Assembly: GCA_020633335.1 (NCBI GenBank)
Contig: JACKDU010000002.1
Span: 186,730-250,729, forward strand
Reading direction: 5' to 3'
DNA length: 64,000 bases
Source of the DNA: Myxococcales bacterium
GTDB taxonomy: Bacteria > Myxococcota_A > Polyangia > Nannocystales > Nannocystaceae
Under the pieces are notes generated by a model. The model saw nothing but the letters and a program-made list of their open reading frames with translations. It did not search any database and was not told the DNA's origin. Below, piece by piece: positions 8,506 to 22,800 of this stretch. The position numbers and the translations under genes are program-made. The stretch's first letter is position 1. Each line of letters starts with the position of its first letter.

Positions 8506-9231
8506 TCAGCCCTCGCCCTTGTCCTTGCCCGCGGTGATCGCCTGCTGGGCCCGCATCTTCGCCTTCAGCGCCTCGAGGGCGTCGTCGACCTCGGAGGTCG
8601 CGCCGCCGGCACCGAGGGCCGCGAGCTGGGCGTCGATCGCCGCCTCCTGGGCGGCCGCGTCCATGGTCTCGGCGTGGACCTCGTTGAAGGCCTCGAGCTG
8701 GGCGATCCGATCCTCGATGGCCGACATCCGGTCGAGCCCCCCGCCGGCGTGGATCGCCCCGGTCGAGGTCATCCCCTTCTTGGCGGCCCGCGCCTGGGCG
8801 ATCAGGGTGCCGCGGCGGAGGTTGAGCTGCTTGTGCTTGGTCTTCGCCTCGGCGATCCCCTGGCGCATGCTCTCGATCAGCTTGCGCTGCTCGACCAGCC
8901 CCTCGTCGCAGGCCTGGCGCTCGGCGGCGATCTCGACCCGCCGCTGCAGGGCCGCCCGCGCGAGGGTCTCGTCGCCGAGGCGGACCGCCTGCTCGGCCCT
9001 CTTCTCCCACTCGCCCTCGCTCTTGCGGAGGGCCTCGGCCTTCTTCTCCATCACCTTGTGGTCGACGATCGACTGGTGCAGGTCGCGCTCCGACTGCTTG
9101 ATCTGATCGGCGAGGTCATCGAGCATCAGCGCGATCTCCTGGCCAGGGTCCGAGACCGCCTCCACCGCGTCGCTGAGGGCGGAAGAGATCGACCTTCGCA
9201 TTCGACTGAAGAGCCCGGGCTTGTCACTCAT
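8506..9231 (-). CDS. pspA: PspA/IM30 family protein (phage shock protein A)
   Basis: MSDKPGLFSRMRRSISSALSDAVEAVSDPGQEIALMLDDLADQIKQSERDLHQSI and coiled-coil remainder are typical PspA/Vipp1. Confidence 0.8.
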   Translation of the reverse strand: MSDKPGLFSRMRRSISSALSDAVEAVSDPGQEIALMLDDLADQIKQSERDLHQSIVDHKVMEKKAEALRKSEGEWEKRAEQAVRLGDETLARAALQRRVEIAAERQACDEGLVEQRKLIESMRQGIAEAKTKHKQLNLRRGTLIAQARAAKKGMTSTGAIHAGGGLDRMSAIEDRIAQLEAFNEVHAETMDAAAQEAAIDAQLAALGAGGATSEVDDALEALKAKMRAQQAITAGKDKGEG

Positions 9232-9350
9232 GGTCAGGTCCGCGAGTGTACTGCCAGAGCGGGCCCCTGTCTCGTCGGCGTCGGCCAGCGCCGCCCGCGG
9301 GCTTGCTCGCCGGCGAGCTTTCGCCAATGCTCTGCACTCCCGCGCCCGCC

Positions 9351-10502
9351 ATGACCAGCGCCGAGATCCAGCCGAGCCCCGCCTTCCCCGGGGTCCGCGG
9401 CCACCACGAGGCCCAGGCGATGCTCGCCCGAGCGCTCGCCCGCGGCCAGCTCCACCACGCGATCATGCTCATCGGGCCCCGCGGGATCGGCAAGGCGACC
9501 CTCGCCCGCGGCCTCGCCTGCGCGCTCCTCTGCCCGCGCGCGCCCGGGCGCGGGTGCGGCGAGTGCCCGGTCTGCCGGCGGATCCAGGCGGGCGCCCACC
9601 CCGACGTCGACTGGCTCCTCCCCGAGGGCTCGGGCGGTCAGATCACGATCGACAGCGCCCGCGCCTGCCACGTCCGCCAGGCCGGCGGGCCCTACGAGGG
9701 CGCGGCCTACGTCGTCGTCGTCGATCCGGCCGACGCCCTCAACGAGTACTCGGGCAACGCGCTCCTCAAGGCGATCGAGGAGCCGCGCCCCGGGATCCAC
9801 TTCATCCTCCTGACCACCAACATGCAGGGGGTGCTGCCGACGATCCTCTCGCGCACGTTGCCGATCCGCCTCGGACGCCTCGACGACGCCGACGTCGCCG
9901 CGATCGTCGACGCCCGCGCGGCCGAGGTCGCGGACGAGCGCCGGCGGATGGCCGTGCTCCTCGCCGAGGGGAGCGCCGGGGTGGCGATGGAGCTCGCCCT
10001 CGATCCGGCGCTCGATCGCTGCCTGGCGCTGGTCCGCGAGGCGATGCGGGCGGCCGCCGCCGGGCCGCGGGGGATCTTCGCCGGCGAGCGGAGCCCGCTC
10101 TGGGAGAGCTACAACGCGGCGATCCAGGAGGTCGTCAGCGCCGAGGCGGCCGCTGCAGCCGAGGCCGCCGCCGACGAGGCCGCCGCCTCCGGCAAGAAGA
10201 AGCGGAGCTCCAAGAAGAAGGACGCCGCCGACAAGGGCGACGGCAAGGCGAAGGCGAGCGCCGCTCAGCAGCGCTGGGTCGCCAGCCGCCTCGCCGAGCT
10301 CTGGGTGCTCCACCTCCGCGAGCGCCTCCGCGGCCGCCCGGGGCTCCCGGGCGCGCCCCGCCTCGCCGATCCGCCGCCGGCCGAGCTCGTCCGCCGCCTC
10401 GCGGTGCTCCAGGAGCTCACCCAGCGGATCAGCCGCAACGCCAATGTCCGGTTGATCCTCGAGGAGACGCTCCTCGAGCTCGGGCAGGCCAGCGCCCACT
10501 GA
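9351..10502 (+). CDS. holB: DNA polymerase III delta-prime subunit
   Basis: GHHEAQAMLARALARGQLHHAIMLIGPRGIGKATLARGLACALLC (AAA+ Walker A) plus Zn-module CGECPVCRR and SRT sensor; ATG at 9351. Confidence 0.8.
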   Translation: MTSAEIQPSPAFPGVRGHHEAQAMLARALARGQLHHAIMLIGPRGIGKATLARGLACALLCPRAPGRGCGECPVCRRIQAGAHPDVDWLLPEGSGGQITIDSARACHVRQAGGPYEGAAYVVVVDPADALNEYSGNALLKAIEEPRPGIHFILLTTNMQGVLPTILSRTLPIRLGRLDDADVAAIVDARAAEVADERRRMAVLLAEGSAGVAMELALDPALDRCLALVREAMRAAAAGPRGIFAGERSPLWESYNAAIQEVVSAEAAAAAEAAADEAAASGKKKRSSKKKDAADKGDGKAKASAAQQRWVASRLAELWVLHLRERLRGRPGLPGAPRLADPPPAELVRRLAVLQELTQRISRNANVRLILEETLLELGQASAH

Positions 10503-10694
10503 CCGAGAAGCGTCGCCACGCGCTGCCAGCCACAGCGCCAGGCCGCAGCAAGTCGCGGCACCATCAGGCTGCGCGGCGAGAGGGAGGGACAGACCGTTGT
10601 CGGCGCCACCGCCGCGTGCCGATCTGCGGCCGCGGACCGCCGTTTGGCGGCCTTGCGCGCCCCCGTGATCCTGTGCTGCCATCGCGCCCCGGCG

Positions 10695-11057
10695 ATGCGC
10701 ATCCAGAGCTTCCGCGAATTTTGGCCCTACTACGTCGGTGAGCACCGCTCGCCGGCCTGCCGCGGCCTCCACTACGTCGGCACGTCGCTGATGCTCACGG
10801 TCGTCACCCTCGCGCTCACGAGCGGCGATCCGCGCTGGTTCCTCCTCGCCCCGGTGGTCGGCTATGGGCCCGCCTGGATCGGTCACTTCGGGATCGAGCA
10901 GAACCGCCCCGCGACCTTCAAGTACCCGCTCTGGTCGCTCCTCGCCGACCTCAAGATGTACAGCCTCGCGCTCCGCGGGCGGATGGCCGCCGAGGTCACG
11001 CGGCTCTACGGGAGCCCGAACCCGGCCGCCGACGCGCCGCTGCGGGTGCGCCCCTGA
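10695..11057 (+). CDS. DUF962 / Mpo1-like membrane protein
   Basis: FREFWPYYVGEH plus HxxxT-type hydrophobic core, typical of the DUF962 family. Confidence 0.55.
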   Translation: MRIQSFREFWPYYVGEHRSPACRGLHYVGTSLMLTVVTLALTSGDPRWFLLAPVVGYGPAWIGHFGIEQNRPATFKYPLWSLLADLKMYSLALRGRMAAEVTRLYGSPNPAADAPLRVRP

Positions 11058-11079
11058 GGGCGAGCGCCGGGGGACGACG

Positions 11080-12087
11080 ATGATCCGCGCGACCAAGAAG
11101 GGCCCGCCGATCACCCTGCCGGCCGCCCTCCGCGACGCCGGCCACGACGATCCCCGGGTCCGCGACAAGGCGCTCCGCCACCTCGCCGACGCCCTCCTCG
11201 CCGAGCTCGGCCCCGGCCCCCGCTGGCGGGCGGCCGAGCGCCACCCGCGGGGCGCCGACGCGCTGGCGACCCTGCGGCGGGCGGCCGAGGAGGATCCCTC
11301 GCCGGTCCTCCAGGGCTTCGCCGCGATCGGCCTCGGCCAGCTCGGCGACCTCCACTCACTACCTGTCCTTCGCGCCATGCTGACTGAAGAGACAGAGGGC
11401 GAGGAGGCGAGCTTCCGCCGGGAGTGCGGGGCGATCGCCCTCGCCGAGCTGGCGAGCGCCGCCCGCGACGGGGCCCCCGCGCTCCTGCCGGCGATCGCCG
11501 CCCCGCTCCGCGAGGGCCTCGCCGCCCCCCAGCCCGAGCTCCGCTTCCAGTGCGCCGGCGCGCTCGTCGACGCGATCGGCGACGACGCCGAGGCGCCGCT
11601 CGCCGAGGTCCTCATCGCCGAGACCAACCCCGAGGTCCGCCGCGCCCTCTGCGAGGCCCTCGCCCGGATCGACCGCCCAGCGCCGGCGACCGTCGACGCC
11701 CTGCGGGCGGTCAGCGAGGCGGCAGACGCCGATCCAGAGGCCCGCTTCGCCGCCGCCCTCGGCCTCACCGCCGCCCGCGACCCCGGGGGCGCGGGGATCC
11801 TGATCGCCACCCTCCGCGACCCCGAGCGCCGCGATCGCGCCCTCGAGGCCCTCGCCGCCCTCGGCGAGGCCGCGCCCGCGGAGGCCCTGCCGCCGATCCG
11901 GGCGCTCGCCAGCGCCTGGCTGACCCCGCGGATCACCCGCGTCCGCGCGGCCTACGCGCTCGCCCGCCTCGCGCCGGCCGAGGGGCTCGCGCTCCTCGAT
12001 CGCTTCGGCAAGAGCCGCTCGGCGTCGGTCCGCGAGGCGGTCGCCGACGCCCGGGCGGCCCTCGAGGCCCTGGCGCGCGGGGGCTGA
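11080..12087 (+). CDS. HEAT-repeat protein
   Basis: repeated Ala/Leu-rich helical hairpins such as PEVRRALCEALARI and RDRALEALAALGEAA (HEAT/PBS-lyase-like). Confidence 0.55.
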   Translation: MIRATKKGPPITLPAALRDAGHDDPRVRDKALRHLADALLAELGPGPRWRAAERHPRGADALATLRRAAEEDPSPVLQGFAAIGLGQLGDLHSLPVLRAMLTEETEGEEASFRRECGAIALAELASAARDGAPALLPAIAAPLREGLAAPQPELRFQCAGALVDAIGDDAEAPLAEVLIAETNPEVRRALCEALARIDRPAPATVDALRAVSEAADADPEARFAAALGLTAARDPGGAGILIATLRDPERRDRALEALAALGEAAPAEALPPIRALASAWLTPRITRVRAAYALARLAPAEGLALLDRFGKSRSASVREAVADARAALEALARGG

Positions 12088-12112
12088 CCTTGGCGGCGAG
12101 CCCCGCTGGCAA

Positions 12113-13012
12113 ATGCGGGCCCCGGCCGCGCGCCATGGCCGAGGCGCCGATCTGCTACCCTCCGCCCGCGTGAGCAAGCACGTTCCCCCGCGGATCCCGG
12201 GCCTGGTCGACACCCACTGCCACCTCGACTACCCGCCGATGATCGACGATCTCGACGCCACCCTCCGCCGGGCGGCCGCGGCCGGGGTCGATCGCCTGAT
12301 CCACATCGGCTGCTCGCGGCGCTCGATGGCCCGGGCGGTCGAGCTCGCCGAGGCCGAGCGCCCCGGCCTCCCGCCGGTCTACGCGGTGATCGGCGTCCAC
12401 CCCCACGAGGCGACCACCCTCGACGAAGCGACCCTCGCCGAGCTCGAGGCCCTGGCGGCCTCCCCGAGGGTCCTGGCGATCGGCGAGTCGGGCCTCGACT
12501 ACCACTACAACCGCTCGCCGCCGGCGACCCAGCAGGCGGCGATGGCCCGGCACATCGACCTCGCCAACCGCCTCGGCAAGCCGCTGGTCCTCCATATCCG
12601 CGACGCCCACGACGACGCCCTGGCGATCGTCGACGCCCAGCCCTGCGAGCGCCCGGGGATCATCCACTGCTTCACCGGCACCCCCGACGAGGGGGCCCGC
12701 TGGCTCGATCGCGGCTTCTTCCTCTCCTTCTCGGGGATCGCCACCTTCCCGTCGGCGACCGCCCTCCAGGAGGCCGCCCGGGCCTGCCCGGGAGATCGCC
12801 TGCTCCTCGAGACCGACGCCCCCTATCTCGCGCCGGTGCCGATGCGGGGCCGGAAGAACGAGCCGGCCTACGTCGCCTTCACCTGCGCACGCCTCGCCGC
12901 CCTCCGCGGCCAGGATCCGGCGGATCTGGCCCTCCAGGCCGCCGCGAACGCAGAGCGGGCCTTCGGCCTGCCGCCGGCGGCCGCGTCCGTCTCCTCACCT
13001 CCCAGCAGTTGA
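12113..13012 (+). CDS. tatD: TatD-family metal-dependent DNase/hydrolase
   Basis: LVDTHCHLD, GVHPHEA, ESGLDYHY, LHIRDAHDD and ETDAPYL motifs; the start could instead be the in-frame GTG at 12170. Confidence 0.8.
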   Translation: MRAPAARHGRGADLLPSARVSKHVPPRIPGLVDTHCHLDYPPMIDDLDATLRRAAAAGVDRLIHIGCSRRSMARAVELAEAERPGLPPVYAVIGVHPHEATTLDEATLAELEALAASPRVLAIGESGLDYHYNRSPPATQQAAMARHIDLANRLGKPLVLHIRDAHDDALAIVDAQPCERPGIIHCFTGTPDEGARWLDRGFFLSFSGIATFPSATALQEAARACPGDRLLLETDAPYLAPVPMRGRKNEPAYVAFTCARLAALRGQDPADLALQAAANAERAFGLPPAAASVSSPPSS

Positions 13013-13088
13013 CGCGCGGCCCCCGGGTGTCCCATAGTCCCCCTCCCGCGGGGGGCCCCCCTGCCCGCGGCCTGTGGAGAAGCGGACA

Positions 13089-13760
13089 ATGAATTTTCAG
13101 CTCGGGCTGATCGCCAAGAAGATTGGGATGACGCAGATCTTTGACGAGGATGGCAACCGGATCCCGGTGACCGTCCTCGCCGCCGCCGGCAACACGGTGA
13201 CCGCCCACCGGACCGCCGAGCGCGACGGCTACGTCGCCCTCCAGCTCGCCTTCGACGAGAAGAAGCCCCATCGCACCAACAAGGCCGACGCCGGCCACTT
13301 CCGGGCCGCAGGCGTGAGCCCCCGCTACCGCCTCCGTGAGTTCCGGGTCGCCGCCGACGCGCTCGGCGCCCACCCGGTCGGCGCGGACGTCCCGGTCACC
13401 ATCTTCACCGAGGGTGAGCTCGTCGACGTCGCTGGCGTCTCGAAGGGCAAGGGCTACCAGGGCGTCATGAAGCGCCACAACATGGAGGGCGAGAAGGCCA
13501 CCCACGGCCAGCACGAGTTCTACCGCCACGGCGGTTCGATCGGCTGCCGCAAGACCCCCGGCCGCGTCCACCCCGGCAAGCGCATGAGCGGCCGCATGGG
13601 CAACGAGCGGGTCACCCAGCAGAACCTCAAGGTCGCCAAGATCATGGCCGATCAGGGTCTGATCCTGGTCAGCGGGACCATCCCGGGCTCGGACAACGGC
13701 TACGTGACGATCCGCCACTCGGTGAAGGCGGCGATCCGGGCCGGCAAGAACAAGGGCTAA
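13089..13760 (+). CDS. rplC: 50S ribosomal protein L3
   Basis: MNFQLGLIAKKIGMTQIFDEDGNRIPVTVL and GKGYQGVMKRHN are canonical L3 blocks; GGAGAA Shine-Dalgarno 7 nt upstream. Confidence 0.9.
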   Translation: MNFQLGLIAKKIGMTQIFDEDGNRIPVTVLAAAGNTVTAHRTAERDGYVALQLAFDEKKPHRTNKADAGHFRAAGVSPRYRLREFRVAADALGAHPVGADVPVTIFTEGELVDVAGVSKGKGYQGVMKRHNMEGEKATHGQHEFYRHGGSIGCRKTPGRVHPGKRMSGRMGNERVTQQNLKVAKIMADQGLILVSGTIPGSDNGYVTIRHSVKAAIRAGKNKG

Positions 13761-13872
13761 TCGCCCTCCTGCGCGGCGGGCCGCCGACCTCGACCGAGGC
13801 GGCGGCCTCCCTCATTGGTTCTCGGCCCCTCTGCGGGGGCGACGCCGCGCCCCTCTGCTACCCTCCCCGCCG

Positions 13873-14508
13873 ATGCCCCCCCGTCGCACAAAGCTGAGCG
13901 ATCGCTCGAGCCGCCACGACCGCGCCTACACCAAGGCGAAGCACGAGGGCTTCGCCGCCCGCGCGATCTACAAGCTCCAGGAGATCGATCAGCGCTTCAA
14001 GCTCCTGAAGAGCGGCGCCCGGGTCATCGACCTCGGCTGCTGGCCCGGCTCGTGGATGCAGTACACCGCCGGCAAGGTCGGCCCCGAGGGCCGGGTCCTC
14101 GGCATCGACCTCCGCGAGGTGACGATCGCCCTCCCCGACTTCTGCGAGGCGATCGTCGGTGACGTCACCGAGTGGAGCCCGCCGGCCGGGGAGACCTTCG
14201 ACGTCGTCCTCAGCGACATGGCCCCGCACACCACCGGCGATCGCCACAGCGACCAGTGGCGGAGCGAGGAGCTCTGCCGCCGGGCCATCGAGATCGCCCG
14301 CCAGGCGCTGCGCCCCGGCGGCCACCTGGTGGTCAAGGTCTTCCAGGGCGGCGCCTTCCCGGAGCTCCTCCGCGAGCTCCGCGGCGCCTTCCAGGAGGGC
14401 AAGGCCTACCACGCCGAGAACACCCGGGCGTCGTCGACCGAGCAGTACCTGATCGGCCGCGGCCTCAAGGCGTCCGCGTCGCTCCGCGCCCCCGCGCCGG
14501 CGACCTAG
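13873..14508 (+). CDS. rlmE: 23S rRNA (uridine2552-2'-O)-methyltransferase RlmE/FtsJ
   Basis: AIYKLQEIDQRFKLLKSGARVIDLGCWPGSWMQY and DVVLSDMAPHTTG are FtsJ/RlmE motifs. Confidence 0.85.
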   Translation: MPPRRTKLSDRSSRHDRAYTKAKHEGFAARAIYKLQEIDQRFKLLKSGARVIDLGCWPGSWMQYTAGKVGPEGRVLGIDLREVTIALPDFCEAIVGDVTEWSPPAGETFDVVLSDMAPHTTGDRHSDQWRSEELCRRAIEIARQALRPGGHLVVKVFQGGAFPELLRELRGAFQEGKAYHAENTRASSTEQYLIGRGLKASASLRAPAPAT

Positions 14509-14642
14509 CCCCTCGCAAGGCCACCCGAACCTCGCGCCGCCGACCTCGACGCTGGGCACCGCGTCGGCGTCGGCGAGCTCCACGCGTGGTGTCGCGTCGA
14601 CGCTTCGCGGGCCGACGCGCCGCCTCGATCAACAAGTTGAAT

Positions 14643-14668
14643 GGGACATGTCTCTTTGAACATGTCCC
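14643..14668. promoter_or_regulatory. palindromic motif GGGACATGT-ctctttga-ACATGTCCC (ACATGT-N8-ACATGT), copy 1 of a recurring element
   Basis: perfect 9-bp inverted repeat in an AT-rich intergenic island; the same core recurs at 46708 and 51295. Confidence 0.4.
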
Positions 14669-14849
14669 TTACTCTCGACCCCCATCGACGACGTCGCGCG
14701 CGGCTCCGCGCGCCCAACGTCCGCCGTGGTCTCCGGGCCCCCGCGCGTTGCCGCGCAGGGCCGCGCGCGAACGCTCCTCACGCGCACTCACGCCCGCCAA
14801 TTCGCCGTTCTGGAGGAGAATCACCTCGCTACACTGTGCGTCCGAGCAG

Positions 14850-14893
14850 GGATCCGATTGACACTGAAAATACGTTCAGTGACGATCGGATCC
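14850..14893. promoter_or_regulatory. 44-bp nested palindrome / stem-loop GGATCCGAT-tga-CACTGAA-aatacg-TTCAGTG-acg-ATCGGATCC ending immediately before an ATG
   Basis: outer 9-bp and inner 7-bp perfect inverted repeats read directly from the sequence; located in the lowest-GC stretch of the rlmE-typA gap. Confidence 0.45.
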
Positions 14894-15091
14894 ATGAAGA
14901 CCCCGAAGCTGCGCCTCAACCGCGGGTCGTCGAAGCAGGTGCCTCCACCCGACGACCCCGATCTCCCCGAAAGCGCCGAGAAGCCCGCTCCTGAGGCCTC
15001 TCGACCGCCGGCCCGGACGCCCAGCGATCGCCGGCCGAAGACCGACAAGCCCGCCGACAAGGGCGACGAGGAGGAGCGGAGCGCCGCCTGA
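14894..15091 (+). CDS. hypothetical small basic/acidic disordered protein (65 aa, [15 protein letters not shown]...)
   Basis: ATG directly after the palindrome; strong G/C third-position bias (aag, ccg, ctg, cgc codons) typical of genuine genes in this genome; no homology recognised. Confidence 0.3.
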   Translation: MKTPKLRLNRGSSKQVPPPDDPDLPESAEKPAPEASRPPARTPSDRRPKTDKPADKGDEEERSAA

Positions 15092-15215
15092 ACGCCGCCG
15101 CCGCCGCCGAGAGAAGCCGACGGGCGAGCGCCCACCGCAGATGCGGGCGCCGCCCGTTGATCGCGAAGGGGCTTGCATCGCGAGCGCGCACAGGGATAGT
15201 TGCGGCGGCTCCACC

Positions 15216-17063
<1,848 letters not shown>

Positions 17064-17100
17064 CCGCTAGCGCCCTGGCGGGCGCCAACCCGAAACGCAC

Positions 17101-17138
17101 GACGCCAGCCCAACGATGGGCTGGCGTCGCTCGTTTTG
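17101..17138. terminator. bidirectional intrinsic terminator between convergent typA and lipoprotein genes
   Basis: GACGCCAGCCC-aacgat-GGGCTGGCGTC perfect 11-bp stem followed by GCTCGTTTTGG. Confidence 0.55.
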
Positions 17139-17155
17139 GCCGACTGCGCGCGGGC

Positions 17156-17944
17156 TCAGTAGATCGTCGTCCCGTGGTAGGTCTTGGTCTCGGCGACCAG
17201 GATGTCCATGAGACCGGCGTTGATCTGGGCCGCGTTCGCCTCGTAGGTCGAGAAGTCGATCCCGTCGAAGAAGCGGTCATAGGTCTTCGCCGCGGTCGTC
17301 TTGTGGGCGCCGGAGTCGGCCACGATGTCGTACTCGTCCGGGGTCCCGTCGCCGTCGCGGAGCTTGTCCTTGACGATCCGCGAGTCGCTCGAGACGAGGT
17401 TGAAGTTGACGTTCACCCCGTCCTTGACCGCCACCCCCGCGAGGAAGATCGTCATCCCTTCGATCGGCGCGCCGCTCGGGATCGGGTGCGGGGTCTCCGG
17501 GCTCTCAGCGGCGACGGCCGCCGAGTAGGGGCCGTACTCGACGACCATCTCGCAGTACTTGCCCTCCGGGAGCTCGGTGCCGCCGATGATCGTCACGTCG
17601 CGATCGGCCGCGTTGACCCACTCCGGCAGCGGCCCGCGCGGCATGTGGATCTCATGCTGGGCGCCGTCGCAGGCGATCAGGGTGGCGCCGGTGATCACGA
17701 AGTAGCCGTCGCTGACGTTGATCTCCCAGCCGAGGTCGTTGACGAAGGTCCGCTTGGACTCCGGGAGGCCGTAGTCCGGGATCTCGCCGGTCTGGTCGCG
17801 CCGCCCGTGGTGGCTCGCGTAGACGTTGAGCTGAACGAGGCTGGTGTCCCCGAAGAGCTCGCAGCCCGCGCTCCCGCCTGCGAGGAGAGAGGCCGTCACG
17901 AGCATGGCGAGTGCGGAGCGAGGCGAAGGCATAGGCGAAGGCAT
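17156..17944 (-). CDS. secreted lipoprotein, function unknown (lower-GC gene)
   Basis: signal peptide with lipobox-like LLAGGSAGC; Asp/Gly/Thr-rich mature part; noticeably lower GC than neighbours. Confidence 0.55.
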   Translation of the reverse strand: MPSPMPSPRSALAMLVTASLLAGGSAGCELFGDTSLVQLNVYASHHGRRDQTGEIPDYGLPESKRTFVNDLGWEINVSDGYFVITGATLIACDGAQHEIHMPRGPLPEWVNAADRDVTIIGGTELPEGKYCEMVVEYGPYSAAVAAESPETPHPIPSGAPIEGMTIFLAGVAVKDGVNVNFNLVSSDSRIVKDKLRDGDGTPDEYDIVADSGAHKTTAAKTYDRFFDGIDFSTYEANAAQINAGLMDILVAETKTYHGTTIY

Positions 17945-18047
17945 CCGAGGTCAGTCCCTTGAGACGACATTCGTTATACAGAGGGAGCCGGCGTTGGCCC
18001 AGACACCAAAAGTGGCCATCGGTGCAGATCTGGCGGCGTACGGGGTC

Positions 18048-20024
<1,977 letters not shown>

Positions 20025-20174
20025 GGAGGACGGAGGGTAGCGCCGGCGCGCGCGGCTGCCCAGCGATCGCGGCTTGACGGGGCGCCAGGGCGGCGGCAGC
20101 CTCCCTCCGCGCGGGCGGCGGGGCCGCCAGACCCCAGCGCCCCGACCGCTCCCTCTCCGCCCCCTCGCCTCCGG

Positions 20175-20978
<804 letters not shown>

Positions 20979-20995
20979 CGCCCGGAGCGACGAGG

Positions 20996-21748
20996 CTAGT
21001 GGAGCGACACCTCGGGCTCGAAGAGCCAGCGCGCGCTCACCTCACCGGCCTCGACCCGCGCGGCGATCTCGGCCGCGATCGCCGGGAGATCGGCGAGCGG
21101 CCGCGGGCTCCCCTCGTAGAAGACCCGCTCCTCGGCGCTCGCGGGATCGACCTCGCACCAGCAGTCGAGATCGTCCATCGCCACGATGTGCCCGAGGCGG
21201 AGCCGCGCGGCGATGTTCTCGGCCGTCATCGCCTCGTCGAATTCGCGCTGGATCTTGCCGATCCGCCGGGCCTCGTCGCTGATCGCGTCCATCCGGCCGG
21301 CGACGACGTGGGCGAGATCCCCGGTCGCCCGGAGGCTGACGATCTCCCCCTCGCTGCCCCAGAAGCGCCCGCGGATGTACACGTAGGGGGGCACCATCAC
21401 GCCGGTGACCCCGGCGATCTGGCGGGCGGCGGCGGGCTGCTGGTGGAGGTTCATCCGCCGGGCCTCGATCCCGTCCTCCGCGAAGAGCGCCCACACGCGC
21501 TGGGTGACCGGGTCCTCGGGGTAGCCGAAGACGACGACCAGCGGCTCGGTCCGAGTCTCGTCGTACTCCCGGCGGATCTCCCCGCCGGCGGCTTCGTCCG
21601 CCGCCTCCTCGTCGCCGAGGAGGTTGCGAAGGCGCTCCGGGGCCCGTTCGAGGACGCGCCCGGCGAGGCGCTTGCCCTCCTCGCGGACCTCGTCGGGGAT
21701 GTGGCGCTCGGCGATCTCCTGCGCCTTTTGGAGCCATCGTTTGAGCAC
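20996..21748 (-). CDS. hypothetical protein with glutaredoxin-like fold lacking the CxxC motif
   Basis: LVVVFGYPEDPVTQRVWALFAEDGIEARRMNL...VPPYVYIRGRFWGSEGEIVSL resembles a glutaredoxin fold; a GTG preceded by GGAGG near 21748 was chosen over the longer ORF (to 21886), which would overlap the divergent gene start; the start coordinate is approximate. Confidence 0.35.
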   Translation of the reverse strand: MLKRWLQKAQEIAERHIPDEVREEGKRLAGRVLERAPERLRNLLGDEEAADEAAGGEIRREYDETRTEPLVVVFGYPEDPVTQRVWALFAEDGIEARRMNLHQQPAAARQIAGVTGVMVPPYVYIRGRFWGSEGEIVSLRATGDLAHVVAGRMDAISDEARRIGKIQREFDEAMTAENIAARLRLGHIVAMDDLDCWCEVDPASAEERVFYEGSPRPLADLPAIAAEIAARVEAGEVSARWLFEPEVSLH

Positions 21749-21873
21749 GGGGGAGCCTCCGGGCGGCAGACTATCCCGAAGCGAGCGACCCCGCCAGGTC
21801 TGCGCGGGGGCCCCGCATGTGGCATCCGCCTCTAGGCGAATCCCGGCGTTTGCCCTTAAGCTTCTGCGGTCCC

Positions 21874-22734
<861 letters not shown>

Positions 22735-22800
22735 CGACCCGAGGGCGCCTGCCGGAGCGCGCCCACGCGCGCCGCTCGCGGAGAGGCGCGCCGCTCGCGG

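Noticed and set aside
9234-11936. 900-aa minus-strand ORF
   Set aside because: Antisense to holB, the DUF962 gene and the HEAT-repeat gene, all of which carry clear motifs; the translation is low-complexity Arg/Ala/Ser.
15173-15201. Possible sigma-70-like promoter TTGCAT-N17-ATAGTT upstream of typA
   Set aside because: The -10 hexamer is a poor match, it leaves essentially no 5' UTR before the ATG, and myxobacterial promoters are poorly predicted by E. coli consensus.
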